Made by a program: the position numbers and the translations under genes. A DNA stretch of 64,000 bases from a virus (Duplodnaviria > Caudoviricetes). Shown one piece after another: positions 1 through 9,236 of this stretch (positions are counted from its first letter, which is position 1; each line of letters opens with the position of its first letter). The notes below the pieces were generated by a model. The model was not told the origin of the DNA and did no database searches. It worked only from the letters and a program-made list of their open reading frames with translations. The stretch lies in IMG/VR virus record IMGVR_UViG_3300028804_000002, positions 84,086 through 148,085 of that record; one strand, written 5' to 3'.

Positions 1-1971
1 GCATCCTTATATGGATTAGGTAACACAACACAAAATAGTTCAACTGTTTTATCTGTTAATGCACTTTCTCTCAATGCTATAGGTTCTTTAACAGTAGGAT
101 ATAGTAATGGTAGTATTCAATTAAGTGCTCCAAATGCTTTAACAACAGCCATGGCTTCAAACAGAGGTTCAGAGTTTGTTCAAGCAAATGCTGTATTTAA
201 TGGAACTAATGCTTCTGGTACAATAGCAAGTAATGCTATATCAATATCAGTAGCTGCACAATCCGCTCAAACTGGTATATCAAGTATAGTTTTATCTAAT
301 ACTACATATACATCAGGACAAATTTCCTTTAGAGATGGTAATGGTATTTCGTGGGCATCAACTACAGGTCAGGGTGTCTCTATTACTCATGGATTGCAGT
401 TTACTTCTAATACTTCAGCTATTACTTCTAATGCTTTAAATACCTCACAAAGTAGCTTATTTAGACATACTTCGCAAAATTCACAGTTACAATTTACTTC
501 ACAAATGAGTGATTATCTTGAGACTGCACAATCCTCTAAATATATACAAAACTGGAAGTTAACAGGTAATACTGCTGGGACTACATCATCAGCTCAAGGA
601 ACTGATTTATGGTTAGCTGGTGGTAATAATATTACTGTATCTGGATCATCAAATACTATTTCATTTTCTGTAGGTAATTATTTAACTACAGCACGTGCAT
701 CTACTGATGCGATAGGATTAAATACAGCTCAATCTAATGTTACTTGGACAGTTAATTCATCAGGATTATCTTTTGATGCAAGAGGATATGCTGGTACGGG
801 CACATCTGCTACTAATGCTTCTATTACATTGAATTCCAATGGATTACAAATATCTGTTGCACCAGGTGGTGGAGTTAATCCTGTAGCATCTGCTAGTAAT
901 GGTTCATTCTCATTTACTACTTTAGCGTTCTCAAATGCTAATAATGTTACATTTGGTACATCAGCGGGATCAATAATTACAGCTTCTGTAGCTGCTCCAG
1001 GAGCAGCAGCTGAAAATAACTGGTTTAATCTTATAGGAAATACTGCTGGAAATACTACAGCATCTGGATCAACAATAGCACTTTCTGGAGGTAATGGTGT
1101 AACAATTTCTGGAACAAATGGTTCTCAAATAAGAATTGATGTAAACACAGTACCAGATCAAATATTTTTAAATGGAAATACTGGTGGTACTTCTTCTTGG
1201 TCTATTTCCAATGATGCGTTTTATTTTTCCGGAGGTAATAATATTACTTTATCAGGAAGTGGTAGTACAGTTGGGATAAATGCTCCAGCTACTTCATCTT
1301 TATCTGCTACAGGTCAAGTATCTATATCAGTAAATGGTTCCACTATTTCAATAGGTGTACCAAATGCATCAACATTATCTGGATATAACGCATATGCAGA
1401 TTTACCAATGGTAGCTGGACAAGTTGGACAAGGTACTCTGCGATTTGAACCAGAGATCTTCCCCAATTTCCAATGTGATAGAATATTGCTACCTATGCAT
1501 AATACTAACTCATCAAACTCATCTGGTTCACATACCTTATCTTTTTGGGTTGGTATATACACAAGAAATGCATCTAGTTTATCATTATATAGCAGTATTT
1601 CTGCTTCAACAGCATTAACTCATTCAGGAACAGCTGGTAGCTATTCATTATATTCTGGCATAAGACATTTTACTATAGGTATGACAAATACTTTTACAGA
1701 AGGTGAATATTGGATAGGTTTTCTATCTCGTACAACTTCTGGTGGTGCAAATGGAAGTTATTCAAATATGGTAGTATCTAATGTAAACAGTGCTTTTCAG
1801 GGATTCTTTGGTTCTTCAAATAATACAACCATGCAATTTACATTAGGACAAGGAGTATATACAGTTACTACATCAGCTATGCCTGCTTCTGTTGCATTTT
1901 CACAAATAAGGGGTAGTGATTCAATGGCACTTAGGGCACCAATAATGTTATTTGCTTCATCAACTATATAA
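1..1971 (+). CDS. Tail fibre/spike-like protein, 5'-truncated by window edge
   Basis: Frame is open from base 1 (ASLYGLGNTTQ...), so the ATG at 151 is internal. Very S/T/N/G rich with a repeated motif GNTAG...LSGGNNITxSG; upstream of the lysis genes. Confidence 0.7.
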   Translation, partial: ASLYGLGNTTQNSSTVLSVNALSLNAIGSLTVGYSNGSIQLSAPNALTTAMASNRGSEFVQANAVFNGTNASGTIASNAISISVAAQSAQTGISSIVLSNTTYTSGQISFRDGNGISWASTTGQGVSITHGLQFTSNTSAITSNALNTSQSSLFRHTSQNSQLQFTSQMSDYLETAQSSKYIQNWKLTGNTAGTTSSAQGTDLWLAGGNNITVSGSSNTISFSVGNYLTTARASTDAIGLNTAQSNVTWTVNSSGLSFDARGYAGTGTSATNASITLNSNGLQISVAPGGGVNPVASASNGSFSFTTLAFSNANNVTFGTSAGSIITASVAAPGAAAENNWFNLIGNTAGNTTASGSTIALSGGNGVTISGTNGSQIRIDVNTVPDQIFLNGNTGGTSSWSISNDAFYFSGGNNITLSGSGSTVGINAPATSSLSATGQVSISVNGSTISIGVPNASTLSGYNAYADLPMVAGQVGQGTLRFEPEIFPNFQCDRILLPMHNTNSSNSSGSHTLSFWVGIYTRNASSLSLYSSISASTALTHSGTAGSYSLYSGIRHFTIGMTNTFTEGEYWIGFLSRTTSGGANGSYSNMVVSNVNSAFQGFFGSSNNTTMQFTLGQGVYTVTTSAMPASVAFSQIRGSDSMALRAPIMLFASSTI

Positions 1972-1972
1972 T

Positions 1973-2545
1973 ATGGCAGGAACAGCTTCAATAGGATGGT
2001 TAGGAAATGTGCAGTCTACAACTTATGCTACTTGGGATCCTGCTAATACAAATGCAGGCATAACCTTGAGCAATGGAGATTTGACAGCTACTGCCAGCAA
2101 TGCAGATGTTTATGCTACTCGTAGTACAATTGGTAAATCTTCTGGTAAATGGTATTGGGAGATAATAATTGGAGCAGTAATAAGTAATTCTACATCATAT
2201 GGTATAAAAACATCATCTGAAGGTACTACAGTACTTGTTGGTACTACAGCAAATGGCTATGGATATACAGATACAGGAGAAAAGAAGAATAATGGTGTCG
2301 ATACTGCCTATGGAACAGCCCCTGCAAATGGTGTAGTTATAGGTGTAGCTTTAGATATGGATACTGGACAAATTACATTTTATCGTAATAATGTTAGTCA
2401 AGGAGTAGCCTTTACTGGACTTACTGGTACTTTTTATGCAGCATTTAGTTCTGGATTTGGTGCTAATGTTGTTACTGCTAATTTTGGAGCTACTACAATG
2501 ACTTATACAGCTCCAGTTGGATATAATCAAGGTTTGTATAATTAA
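1973..2545 (+). CDS. SPRY/B30.2 (ConA-like) domain virion protein
   Basis: LSNGDLTA, SSGKWYWE, VIGVALDMDTGQITFYRNNVSQG motifs; ATG 1973 follows the upstream stop. Confidence 0.8.
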   Translation: MAGTASIGWLGNVQSTTYATWDPANTNAGITLSNGDLTATASNADVYATRSTIGKSSGKWYWEIIIGAVISNSTSYGIKTSSEGTTVLVGTTANGYGYTDTGEKKNNGVDTAYGTAPANGVVIGVALDMDTGQITFYRNNVSQGVAFTGLTGTFYAAFSSGFGANVVTANFGATTMTYTAPVGYNQGLYN

Positions 2546-2547
2546 AA

Positions 2548-2579
2548 TTTGGTAATTTCAGATTAATTTTGTATATTAT
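2548..2579 (+). promoter_or_regulatory. Class-2 promoter TTTG-N20-TATATTAT
   Basis: Near-identical to 3388-3419; Bacteroidota -33 TTTG with variant -7 box. Confidence 0.65.
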
Positions 2580-2583
2580 AACA

Positions 2584-2691
2584 CTATGTCTAATCTGTAA
2601 TATAAGTATAGGACATGTTGAAAAACCAAATTTCTTAGAGAAAGCCAAAAAATATTTAAAATTAAATGAAACCACAAATGATTGGAATTGA
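2584..2691 (+). pseudogene. C-terminal remnant of an EndoVII-type HNH endonuclease
   Basis: Translates LCLICNISIGHVEKPNFLEKAKKYLKLNE..., matching the LCxxCNxxLG...KAxxYL C-termini of 3429 and 62443; no start codon. Confidence 0.7.
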
Positions 2692-3382
2692 ATCTGGAAT
2701 GCATAATGCAGATCTAGATAAGTCTTCTTTACGTATAAAACAAGGAGGATCATGGCGTAAACAACGAGTTATAATGTTAATACCCGCAGGTCCTAGTATA
2801 CCAACTAAGGTATATTTATCACATTGTAGTTTAATATTTCCACCAAATCAGCCTCATTTTAAAATGGCAGCTGTTGGTATGGAAGTAGGAGAAGCATTCT
2901 CAAATTCAATACAGGACATCCTAAATCATCCAGAATTATCTCAATGGGAGTATCTATTAACTATAGAACATGATAATATACCTCAACCAGGAGACTTAAT
3001 AGCCCTTTTAAAAAGAATGGAGGAGCATCCAGAATTTGCTTGTATAGGTGGTCTATATTGGACTAAAGGTGAAGGTGGTGTACCACAAATATGGGGTGAT
3101 CCAAAAGATACTACACTCAACTATCGTCCTCAAGCTCCTGATCCTAATGGTGGTCTTGTCGAATGTTGTGGTACTGGAATGGGTTTTAATCTTTGGAGAT
3201 TACAAATGTTTAAAGATCCTAATCTCAGAAGACCATGGTTTAAAACAATAGCTGGTAAAGAAGGTGTAGGTACACAAGATCTTTATTTTTGGTCAGATGC
3301 AAGAAAAAATGGATATCGTTGTGCTATAGATTGTAGTGTCAAAGTAGGTCACTACGAACAGGCTACCGACATTACGTGGTAG
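2666..3382 (+). CDS. GT-A fold (GT2-like) glycosyltransferase
   Basis: YLLTIEHDN (DxD-like), CGTGMGF, QDLYFW, IDCSVKVGH motifs typical of phage GT2-like proteins. Confidence 0.7.
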   Translation: MKPQMIGIESGMHNADLDKSSLRIKQGGSWRKQRVIMLIPAGPSIPTKVYLSHCSLIFPPNQPHFKMAAVGMEVGEAFSNSIQDILNHPELSQWEYLLTIEHDNIPQPGDLIALLKRMEEHPEFACIGGLYWTKGEGGVPQIWGDPKDTTLNYRPQAPDPNGGLVECCGTGMGFNLWRLQMFKDPNLRRPWFKTIAGKEGVGTQDLYFWSDARKNGYRCAIDCSVKVGHYEQATDITW

Positions 3383-3387
3383 AATTA

Positions 3388-3419
3388 TTTGGTAATATCC
3401 AATTTATTTTGTATATTAT
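3388..3419 (+). promoter_or_regulatory. Class-2 promoter TTTG-N20-TATATTAT
   Basis: 9 nt upstream of the EndoVII ATG. Confidence 0.65.
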
Positions 3420-3428
3420 AATAAAAAT

Positions 3429-3863
3429 ATGCAAAATTTAGAAAAATATAGAAAAAGAAAAAGAGAATATGCTAAAACTCCAGATCAAAGAAAAAAGAGA
3501 ACTGAATATATGAGATTATGGAGAGAAAAAAATAGAGATAAACATAATTTACAAGCTAAAGAATCTCATCATAGAAATAAGCATAAACATATAGATAGAG
3601 TTAGAAGTTATAGTCTTTTAATTAAATATGGTATAACTCTTGAAAATAAACTAGAGATGATTAGATCTCAAAATTTTAAGTGTAAAATTTGTGATAAAGA
3701 ATTTAAAAATAATAGAACTACACATATAGATCATAATCACAAAACTGGAGAAATTAGGGGTATTCTTTGTCATATTTGTAATACCAAATTAGGATGGTAT
3801 GAATTATATAAAAATCAAATAAACCAATATTTAAATGAAGAAAGTAACAAAAAAACCAATTAA
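3429..3863 (+). CDS. Endonuclease VII-family homing endonuclease
   Basis: KYGIT, CKIC, HIDHNHKTGEIRGILCHICNTKLG. Confidence 0.9.
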   Translation: MQNLEKYRKRKREYAKTPDQRKKRTEYMRLWREKNRDKHNLQAKESHHRNKHKHIDRVRSYSLLIKYGITLENKLEMIRSQNFKCKICDKEFKNNRTTHIDHNHKTGEIRGILCHICNTKLGWYELYKNQINQYLNEESNKKTN

Positions 3864-4416
3864 ACAAGAAGGTCCAATTCGCATTGATATTGGATGTGGT
3901 AAAAATAAAAGAGAAGGATTTCTAGGTGTAGATATTCTACCTTTTGAAGGTGTAGATGTAGTAATGGATGCTGGTAATAAAAAATGGCCTTTTAAAGATA
4001 ATAGTGTAGATGAAGTACATGCTTCACATTTTGTTGAACATCTATTACCTAAAGAAAGAATTCATTTTGTTAATGAACTTCAAAGAGTATTAAAAGATCC
4101 AGTTTATCAAGATGGTAGACTTATTAGTGGATTTGCAACAATTATAGTACCACATTGGGCCTCACAAAGAGCTTATGGTGATTTGACTCATACTTGGCCG
4201 CCAGTATCTGAATTTTGGTTTTATTATTTAGATAAAGATTGGAGAGCTATAAATGCTCCACATAACCAAGATTATAAATGTCACTTACAAGTAACCTGGG
4301 GTTATTCATTACATCCAGAAGTTAATAATAGAAATATAGAATATCAGCAAGAAGCTATGAAATGGAAAAAAGAGGCTTGTTCTGATATAATTGCACAAAT
4401 CAGTAAAAAAATATAA
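3835..4416 (+). CDS. Class I SAM-dependent methyltransferase (Methyltransf_11-like)
   Basis: IDIGCG motif I, GVD, PFKDNSVDEVHASHFVEH, DLTH. Confidence 0.85.
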   Translation: MKKVTKKPIKQEGPIRIDIGCGKNKREGFLGVDILPFEGVDVVMDAGNKKWPFKDNSVDEVHASHFVEHLLPKERIHFVNELQRVLKDPVYQDGRLISGFATIIVPHWASQRAYGDLTHTWPPVSEFWFYYLDKDWRAINAPHNQDYKCHLQVTWGYSLHPEVNNRNIEYQQEAMKWKKEACSDIIAQISKKI

Positions 4417-4418
4417 AA

Positions 4419-4631
4419 ATGAATAATGAGATGAATCCTCAAAATGGTCACATTAATTTAGTAATTTCAATTATTTTAGGAATATTTGGAATACTTTTAG
4501 ATAATGTAGACATTATTGCAAAATGGCTTATGTATCTAACTTCTAGTGCAGCAGCAATAGCTTCTTTTATAAATTATATTTATAGTATAAAAGAAAAAAG
4601 AAGACGTCTTCGAAAAGAAAATAAAGAATAA
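4419..4631 (+). CDS. Putative holin
   Basis: Two TM helices, basic C-tail, dual Met start, upstream of lysozyme. Confidence 0.55.
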   Translation: MNNEMNPQNGHINLVISIILGIFGILLDNVDIIAKWLMYLTSSAAAIASFINYIYSIKEKRRRLRKENKE

Positions 4632-4635
4632 ATAT

Positions 4636-4911
4636 ATGAAAAGAAATGTAGTTAAAGGTATTATAACATCTATTGTTGGTATAGCAATAATGCTTATTAC
4701 TCTTTCACTAGTCTTTACAGGAGTAATGGACTGGGTTTGGAATGGAATTGGAGGTATTATTATAGGCACTATATTGCTTCTATCTCCAGATACATTAGTA
4801 AAAAAGATAGGTCTATTTTTTAGAGGAGCTAGTAGAAATAGAGATGACGATGATAATTGTTATACTCCTCCTCCTAGTAATAGAAAAATAGATAATCCAG
4901 ATGATAAATAA
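4636..4911 (+). CDS. Putative holin/antiholin membrane protein
   Basis: Two TM helices; overlaps lysozyme start. Confidence 0.5.
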   Translation: MKRNVVKGIITSIVGIAIMLITLSLVFTGVMDWVWNGIGGIIIGTILLLSPDTLVKKIGLFFRGASRNRDDDDNCYTPPPSNRKIDNPDDK

Positions 4912-5350
4912 ACAATCAATTAATTTAATAAAGTCTTTTGAAGGCTTAAGATTAAAAGCATATCCTGATCCAGGGACTAATGGAGAGCCATACACAATTG
5001 GATTTGGGACAACAGTTTATAATGGAGTACAAAAAGTAAAGCTTGGAGATGTTATAGATGAATCTCAAGCAGAATCTTATCTTTTATTTGATGTTAATCA
5101 ATTTTCAAAAGGTGTCTCTAAACTTATTAAAAAACCCCTAAGTGATAATCAATTTGGAGCTATAACTTCATTTGCTTACAATGTTGGTATACCAAATTTA
5201 AGATCTAGTACCCTATTAAAGAAAGTTAATAATGATCCTAATGATTACTCAATAAGAGATGAGTTCATGAAATGGAACAAAGCTGCTGGTAAAGTACTTA
5301 GTGGACTTACAAGACGTAGAAAAGCTGAAGCTGATTTATATTTTAGTTAA
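4901..5350 (+). CDS. Endolysin, GH24 lysozyme
   Basis: IKSFEGLRLKAYPD...TIGFG catalytic E/D/T, SFAYNVG, GLTRRRKAE. Confidence 0.95.
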   Translation: MINKQSINLIKSFEGLRLKAYPDPGTNGEPYTIGFGTTVYNGVQKVKLGDVIDESQAESYLLFDVNQFSKGVSKLIKKPLSDNQFGAITSFAYNVGIPNLRSSTLLKKVNNDPNDYSIRDEFMKWNKAAGKVLSGLTRRRKAEADLYFS

Positions 5351-5516
5351 ATTTTTATGAGGACTTTCCAAATATGCCTGTATTTCTGCACTTAAATTTA
5401 AATGCTCTATATCTGGCATTCCATATTTACCTGATTGTATATCTATTACAATCTGCTGTAATTTTTCATCTAATGTTTGTTTCATAATTTTTTAGTTAAG
5501 AGGAATTACTAAAATT

Positions 5517-5550
5517 AAAGCCCTGACTCCACATCAGGGCTTTTTGTTTT
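5517..5550. terminator. Intrinsic terminator near the convergence of the + and - blocks
   Basis: aaagccctga-ctccaca-tcagggctttt hairpin with A/T tracts on both sides. Confidence 0.75.
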
Positions 5551-5558
5551 AGGCAAAA

Positions 5559-6401
5559 CTATTTTAATTCAATAACTTCTAACATAAAAGGATCAATAAG
5601 ATTTTCATTTTTGTCTCTTATGCCTCCGTCATTATTTATAATTTTAATTATTCTAATGATATTCCAGTCTAATTGTTTTTCACTAAGATAAGGTTTTAAT
5701 GGTTTACCCCACATAGTTTTCATAGAACTAGCGATTTGTATAAATCCATCTGAATTATAATTTATTTTCAACTTCTTCCATTCTTCTTCTGATTTAAATA
5801 CTATTTCGTAATTCTTTTCTTTTTTAGGTTCATCAGTTATATAAAAACCTGGTATTGGTGAAGATCCTATAAAGAACATATTTTTATTATTCTTTACATT
5901 ATGATTAGATAAAGAATCTCCGAGAATACCTATTATTTGTTTTGGTAATCTACAATTAGATATTTGCCAATTAGCACCAAATTCTACACAGCATTCTAAA
6001 AATGTCTTAAGTCGAAAAGAAGTATAATCTATCGTTTTAGTAATATCTTTTATATGAATAAAACCTCCTGGTATTAGTCCTTTAGTTCTAAATTTAGTTT
6101 TATTATCATCAATAAATTCATCCACATTTACTTTTTGTCCAACTTTAAAACTATTATAGTTTCTGGTTAGAGTAACTTCATCATCTACTTTTACATTCAT
6201 ATTATATAATGGATCAGCTAATATACTTAATTTATTAAAATCATTAGTAAGTATAGTAAACTGATCGGTATGTATATGGTCACTTGTTATATTTGTGACT
6301 CTACCTATAGAATACTTTGGTATACTTACACCTATTGCTTCATCACATATAACCCATTTATTTATAAGATCATCAATTAATTTTATTTTTACCTTATTCA
6401 T
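5559..6401 (-). CDS. Hypothetical protein
   Basis: 280-aa ORF, overlaps upstream gene stop. Confidence 0.6.
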   Translation of the reverse strand: MNKVKIKLIDDLINKWVICDEAIGVSIPKYSIGRVTNITSDHIHTDQFTILTNDFNKLSILADPLYNMNVKVDDEVTLTRNYNSFKVGQKVNVDEFIDDNKTKFRTKGLIPGGFIHIKDITKTIDYTSFRLKTFLECCVEFGANWQISNCRLPKQIIGILGDSLSNHNVKNNKNMFFIGSSPIPGFYITDEPKKEKNYEIVFKSEEEWKKLKINYNSDGFIQIASSMKTMWGKPLKPYLSEKQLDWNIIRIIKIINNDGGIRDKNENLIDPFMLEVIELK

Positions 6402-6817
6402 GTCTTCAAAAAATTTTTATCATCTTGTGTCAAGAGTGGTAGACCAAGAGTTTGATTACTCCATATATCTACTTGTTCGATTAATTCTGAAATTTCTGAT
6501 TTTTTTAAATCAGATATTGATTTACATATAGTAATTTCATTACCTTCAATATTAGTACTATAACATAAACCAAAATGATATTTAAGCATTAATTTGATAT
6601 CTTCTACTGTACTTCCAGTAAATTTAGCAATTTCTCTGAATTGTTTGTAGAGAAGTCTGATTTGTCTTACAGACTTATAATCTTTTTGATTGGTATATCT
6701 AAGAACTATAGTATCGCCTTCGTTTTGAAGTTTTAACCAATCTGTGATAAGTTCTCTATTTGAAATAATAAGCTTACCATTCTCTATAGTACCGAATATG
6801 TTTATTTGATCTCTCAT
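6398..6817 (-). CDS. NinB/YbcN (Orf)-like recombination accessory protein
   Basis: KSVRQIRLLY...IAKFTG...KSISDLKKSEISELIEQV pattern of the NinB/DUF1367 family. Confidence 0.6.
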   Translation of the reverse strand: MRDQINIFGTIENGKLIISNRELITDWLKLQNEGDTIVLRYTNQKDYKSVRQIRLLYKQFREIAKFTGSTVEDIKLMLKYHFGLCYSTNIEGNEITICKSISDLKKSEISELIEQVDIWSNQTLGLPLLTQDDKNFLKT

Positions 6818-6822
6818 AGATG

Positions 6823-6854
6823 CAAATATACACTAAATTTAGTAAAATTCCAAA
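6823..6854 (-). promoter_or_regulatory. Bacteroidota primary-sigma promoter TTTG-N20-TATATTTG
   Basis: Canonical -33/-7; ATG 5 nt downstream. Confidence 0.8.
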
Positions 6855-6876
6855 AAAATTATTTCTTATTTATAAT

Positions 6877-6915
6877 AAAAAAAGATAGGGCCAACCAGGA
6901 CGATTGACCCTATCA
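6877..6915 (-). terminator. Intrinsic terminator
   Basis: Minus strand gatagggtcaa...ttggccctatc followed by a T-tract. Confidence 0.7.
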
Positions 6916-7149
6916 TAATTCTCAGAAATGGGGTTTCACCAGCCATCTCCTTACTTTTCTTAACAGCACATACACTTGGTAAAAAGCCAAGCTTTTGCTG
7001 GCTCTAAGGTGTCTAAGCTTCCCTACTCTGAATCAGAGCATACTATTAAATCCTTAGAACTTAATACCACCTTCCTAAACAAATCTTCGAGTATTAGGTT
7101 CCGTTTTGCACAAGCATTGGGAGCTTTATTTACGATTTGTTGAACACTA
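6916..7149 (-). ncRNA. Candidate structured ncRNA
   Basis: ORF-free, GC-elevated; hairpins such as ctctgattcagag and cttggctttttaccaag; lies between the tRNA-like element and a terminator. Confidence 0.35.
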
Positions 7150-7228
7150 TGGTATACAGAACGGATTCGAACCGTTCATGACAATCAGGTTTTGGAGTCC
7201 CTCATGTCCCTACATCACTAGCTGAGTG
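7150..7228 (-). tRNA. Degenerate tRNA-Trp(CCA)-like element
   Basis: T-arm aacgg-TTCGAAT-ccgtt, loop CTCCAAA and terminal CCA; acceptor and anticodon stems have mismatches. Confidence 0.45.
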
Positions 7229-7242
7229 AACTTGTAGGTCTC

Positions 7243-7527
7243 CTATTTGTTTTCAGACAATATCTCTCGTGAGAGAGTATCTGCTGAAGTATAGATACTC
7301 ATACCATTGCTGTGATATGTTTTCTGTATCTTATATTTCCAATAATAGTTTTTGCCAGCATTATAATTACTGACAAGTTTTTTTGCTTTATCTGCTTTTA
7401 TGTTGTCTTTGATAGTTATAACAAAAGTTGGCTGATTTTTTGCTACTTTATTTCTTACTATGATGTAAGAAGAAAATAAAACAATACCAAATAAACACAA
7501 CATAGAAGCTATAATATAATTTCTCAT
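7243..7527 (-). CDS. Membrane-anchored hypothetical protein
   Basis: N-terminal TM helix. Confidence 0.6.
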   Translation of the reverse strand: MRNYIIASMLCLFGIVLFSSYIIVRNKVAKNQPTFVITIKDNIKADKAKKLVSNYNAGKNYYWKYKIQKTYHSNGMSIYTSADTLSREILSENK

Positions 7528-7529
7528 TT

Positions 7530-8420
7530 TTAGCTTTTAAATGGAGTATTCCAACCGGACTCAGTGTAAACATCAGAGCCAGACTTTGGCAGAAGCAGAA
7601 TTGATAACAATGGTGTTACCAATAACGTACCTACAACAGCAAGTATGTTATATACAGGGTTACTGTTGATGTAAATGTTGGTAAACAACGACAGTCCCAG
7701 GAACAGTACAGAAGCAACAGCCAAACATGTTGTAAACAACATTGTACTTTCATTTCTGTACACAAAGCCTTTAATGGCCCTGGCTACGCTGAAATCGTTA
7801 CCCCACTTATGAACCATTGCCCATTTGTCATCTGCTTTGAAGAACAAAACGGGGTCCCAATCACGAACCTGGCGGATCTTTTCAGGTTTTGGACGTACAG
7901 ACAGATTGAACATTGAAGGCGGAGCCATAATGGCAAAATCGTTTTTCAGTTGATGATCATCGAACTTAAAAGGAACATAGTTCTCTTTTGCACGAAGTTG
8001 CTCAATTGTGCAGTTTTCTCTTTCTGCACGATCAGCATCTCTGCTGTCACAGATTTTCTTCTGCATTTCTTTGATCTTAGCAGCAACTTCCACATCAAAG
8101 CTTCCAATGAAGTTAGAAGTTGGTAAGAATTTGAGCTTATATTTCATGCAAAGCTCTTTGATCTCATCAGGAGTGAATACTCTCGAGCCATAATAGTTTT
8201 CTGCTTTTTCGAGTACAATAGCAGCTCCTTGCATATCGTGAATTACTTTATTAATGGAATTACTACCAATAAGTTGTAAAATACGCTTATCTTCCAATTC
8301 TGCATAACCAAGCAAGCCTTTAACTTCGTTAAGACCAGCATCAGCTAAAATTGTATTTACTTGTGCTTTTTTGGAATCACTGGTTGCAACCAGTTCATCT
8401 TCGAGATTTACCTTTCTCAT
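7530..8420 (-). CDS. Hypothetical membrane protein (C-terminal 2 TM)
   Basis: DPVLF...VHKWGNDFS motif, two C-terminal TM helices; GC-richer 3' half. Confidence 0.7.
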   Translation of the reverse strand: MRKVNLEDELVATSDSKKAQVNTILADAGLNEVKGLLGYAELEDKRILQLIGSNSINKVIHDMQGAAIVLEKAENYYGSRVFTPDEIKELCMKYKLKFLPTSNFIGSFDVEVAAKIKEMQKKICDSRDADRAERENCTIEQLRAKENYVPFKFDDHQLKNDFAIMAPPSMFNLSVRPKPEKIRQVRDWDPVLFFKADDKWAMVHKWGNDFSVARAIKGFVYRNESTMLFTTCLAVASVLFLGLSLFTNIYINSNPVYNILAVVGTLLVTPLLSILLLPKSGSDVYTESGWNTPFKS

Positions 8421-8430
8421 TTAATGTGTT

Positions 8431-8703
8431 TTAATTGGTTATTAATTGTTCTTCTTTTATTGAAGTTTCTTTTGTATGGCCATCAGAAAATATCATGTTT
8501 TGAAGATATAATTGACGACCTTTATCTGTTAATTCATATCTTCCACTACCACAATAATCTACTAATCCTATTGATGTAAGATAATTTGGTATAGTACTTT
8601 CAAGTCCAAAATGCTTTTCTCTTGGTTTATCTCCTATAGAAAAAAGAATAAATTTTTCATGATCATTTAATTCATCAAGTTTTATTTCTCCAGTCTTATT
8701 CAT
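8431..8703 (-). CDS. Winged-helix-like protein
   Basis: LTSIGLV...RYELTDKG wing motif. Confidence 0.5.
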   Translation of the reverse strand: MNKTGEIKLDELNDHEKFILFSIGDKPREKHFGLESTIPNYLTSIGLVDYCGSGRYELTDKGRQLYLQNMIFSDGHTKETSIKEEQLITN

Positions 8704-8724
8704 TACTCACATTTAAACTATTAT

Positions 8725-9195
8725 TCAATTCAAATTATCCTCTTTTGCTAATCTTGATAAGCTATATCCATGAGATAAAGCAAATTCTGGATTCTGTTCA
8801 ATATAAGAATGACAGCTCTGACAAACAGCTAAAAAATATCTTTTATCAAATAAAAGTTCTCCAATTCTACCCTTCTTGTGATGTATTTGTAGCCCTATAG
8901 CTTCATAATCTATAGTAGGTATTAAACACCCTGTAAGCTTAGCTTCACAGCATTTATGAGCCTCTAAATACTCTATACGAGCCTTTTTATAAAGCTTTGC
9001 TTTTTCTTTACCTCGCTCAGCTGTGTAACCATCAGCTTTTTCAAGAAGTTTCTTGGATTTTTTCTTAGTTTGTTTAGCTTTTTCTTTACTATTTCTTCTT
9101 AATTGATCCCAATAATGGTATTTACAAAGACCTTTAACTTCAGCCTCGTATTTACAACCATTAATCTTACATAAATTGTCGTACTTTACTCTCAT
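8725..9195 (-). CDS. HNH-family nuclease with N-terminal Zn finger
   Basis: CKINGC...GLCKYH; CEAKLTGC...IHHKKGR...AVCQSCHSYIE. Confidence 0.75.
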   Translation of the reverse strand: MRVKYDNLCKINGCKYEAEVKGLCKYHYWDQLRRNSKEKAKQTKKKSKKLLEKADGYTAERGKEKAKLYKKARIEYLEAHKCCEAKLTGCLIPTIDYEAIGLQIHHKKGRIGELLFDKRYFLAVCQSCHSYIEQNPEFALSHGYSLSRLAKEDNLN

Positions 9196-9200
9196 GGGAG

Positions 9201-9232
9201 CAAATGTACAACAATTTTGTTATATTACCAAA
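9201..9232 (-). promoter_or_regulatory. Primary-sigma promoter TTTG-N20-TACATTTG
   Basis: Canonical -33/-7; ATG 5 nt downstream. Confidence 0.8.
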
Positions 9233-9236
9233 TAAA

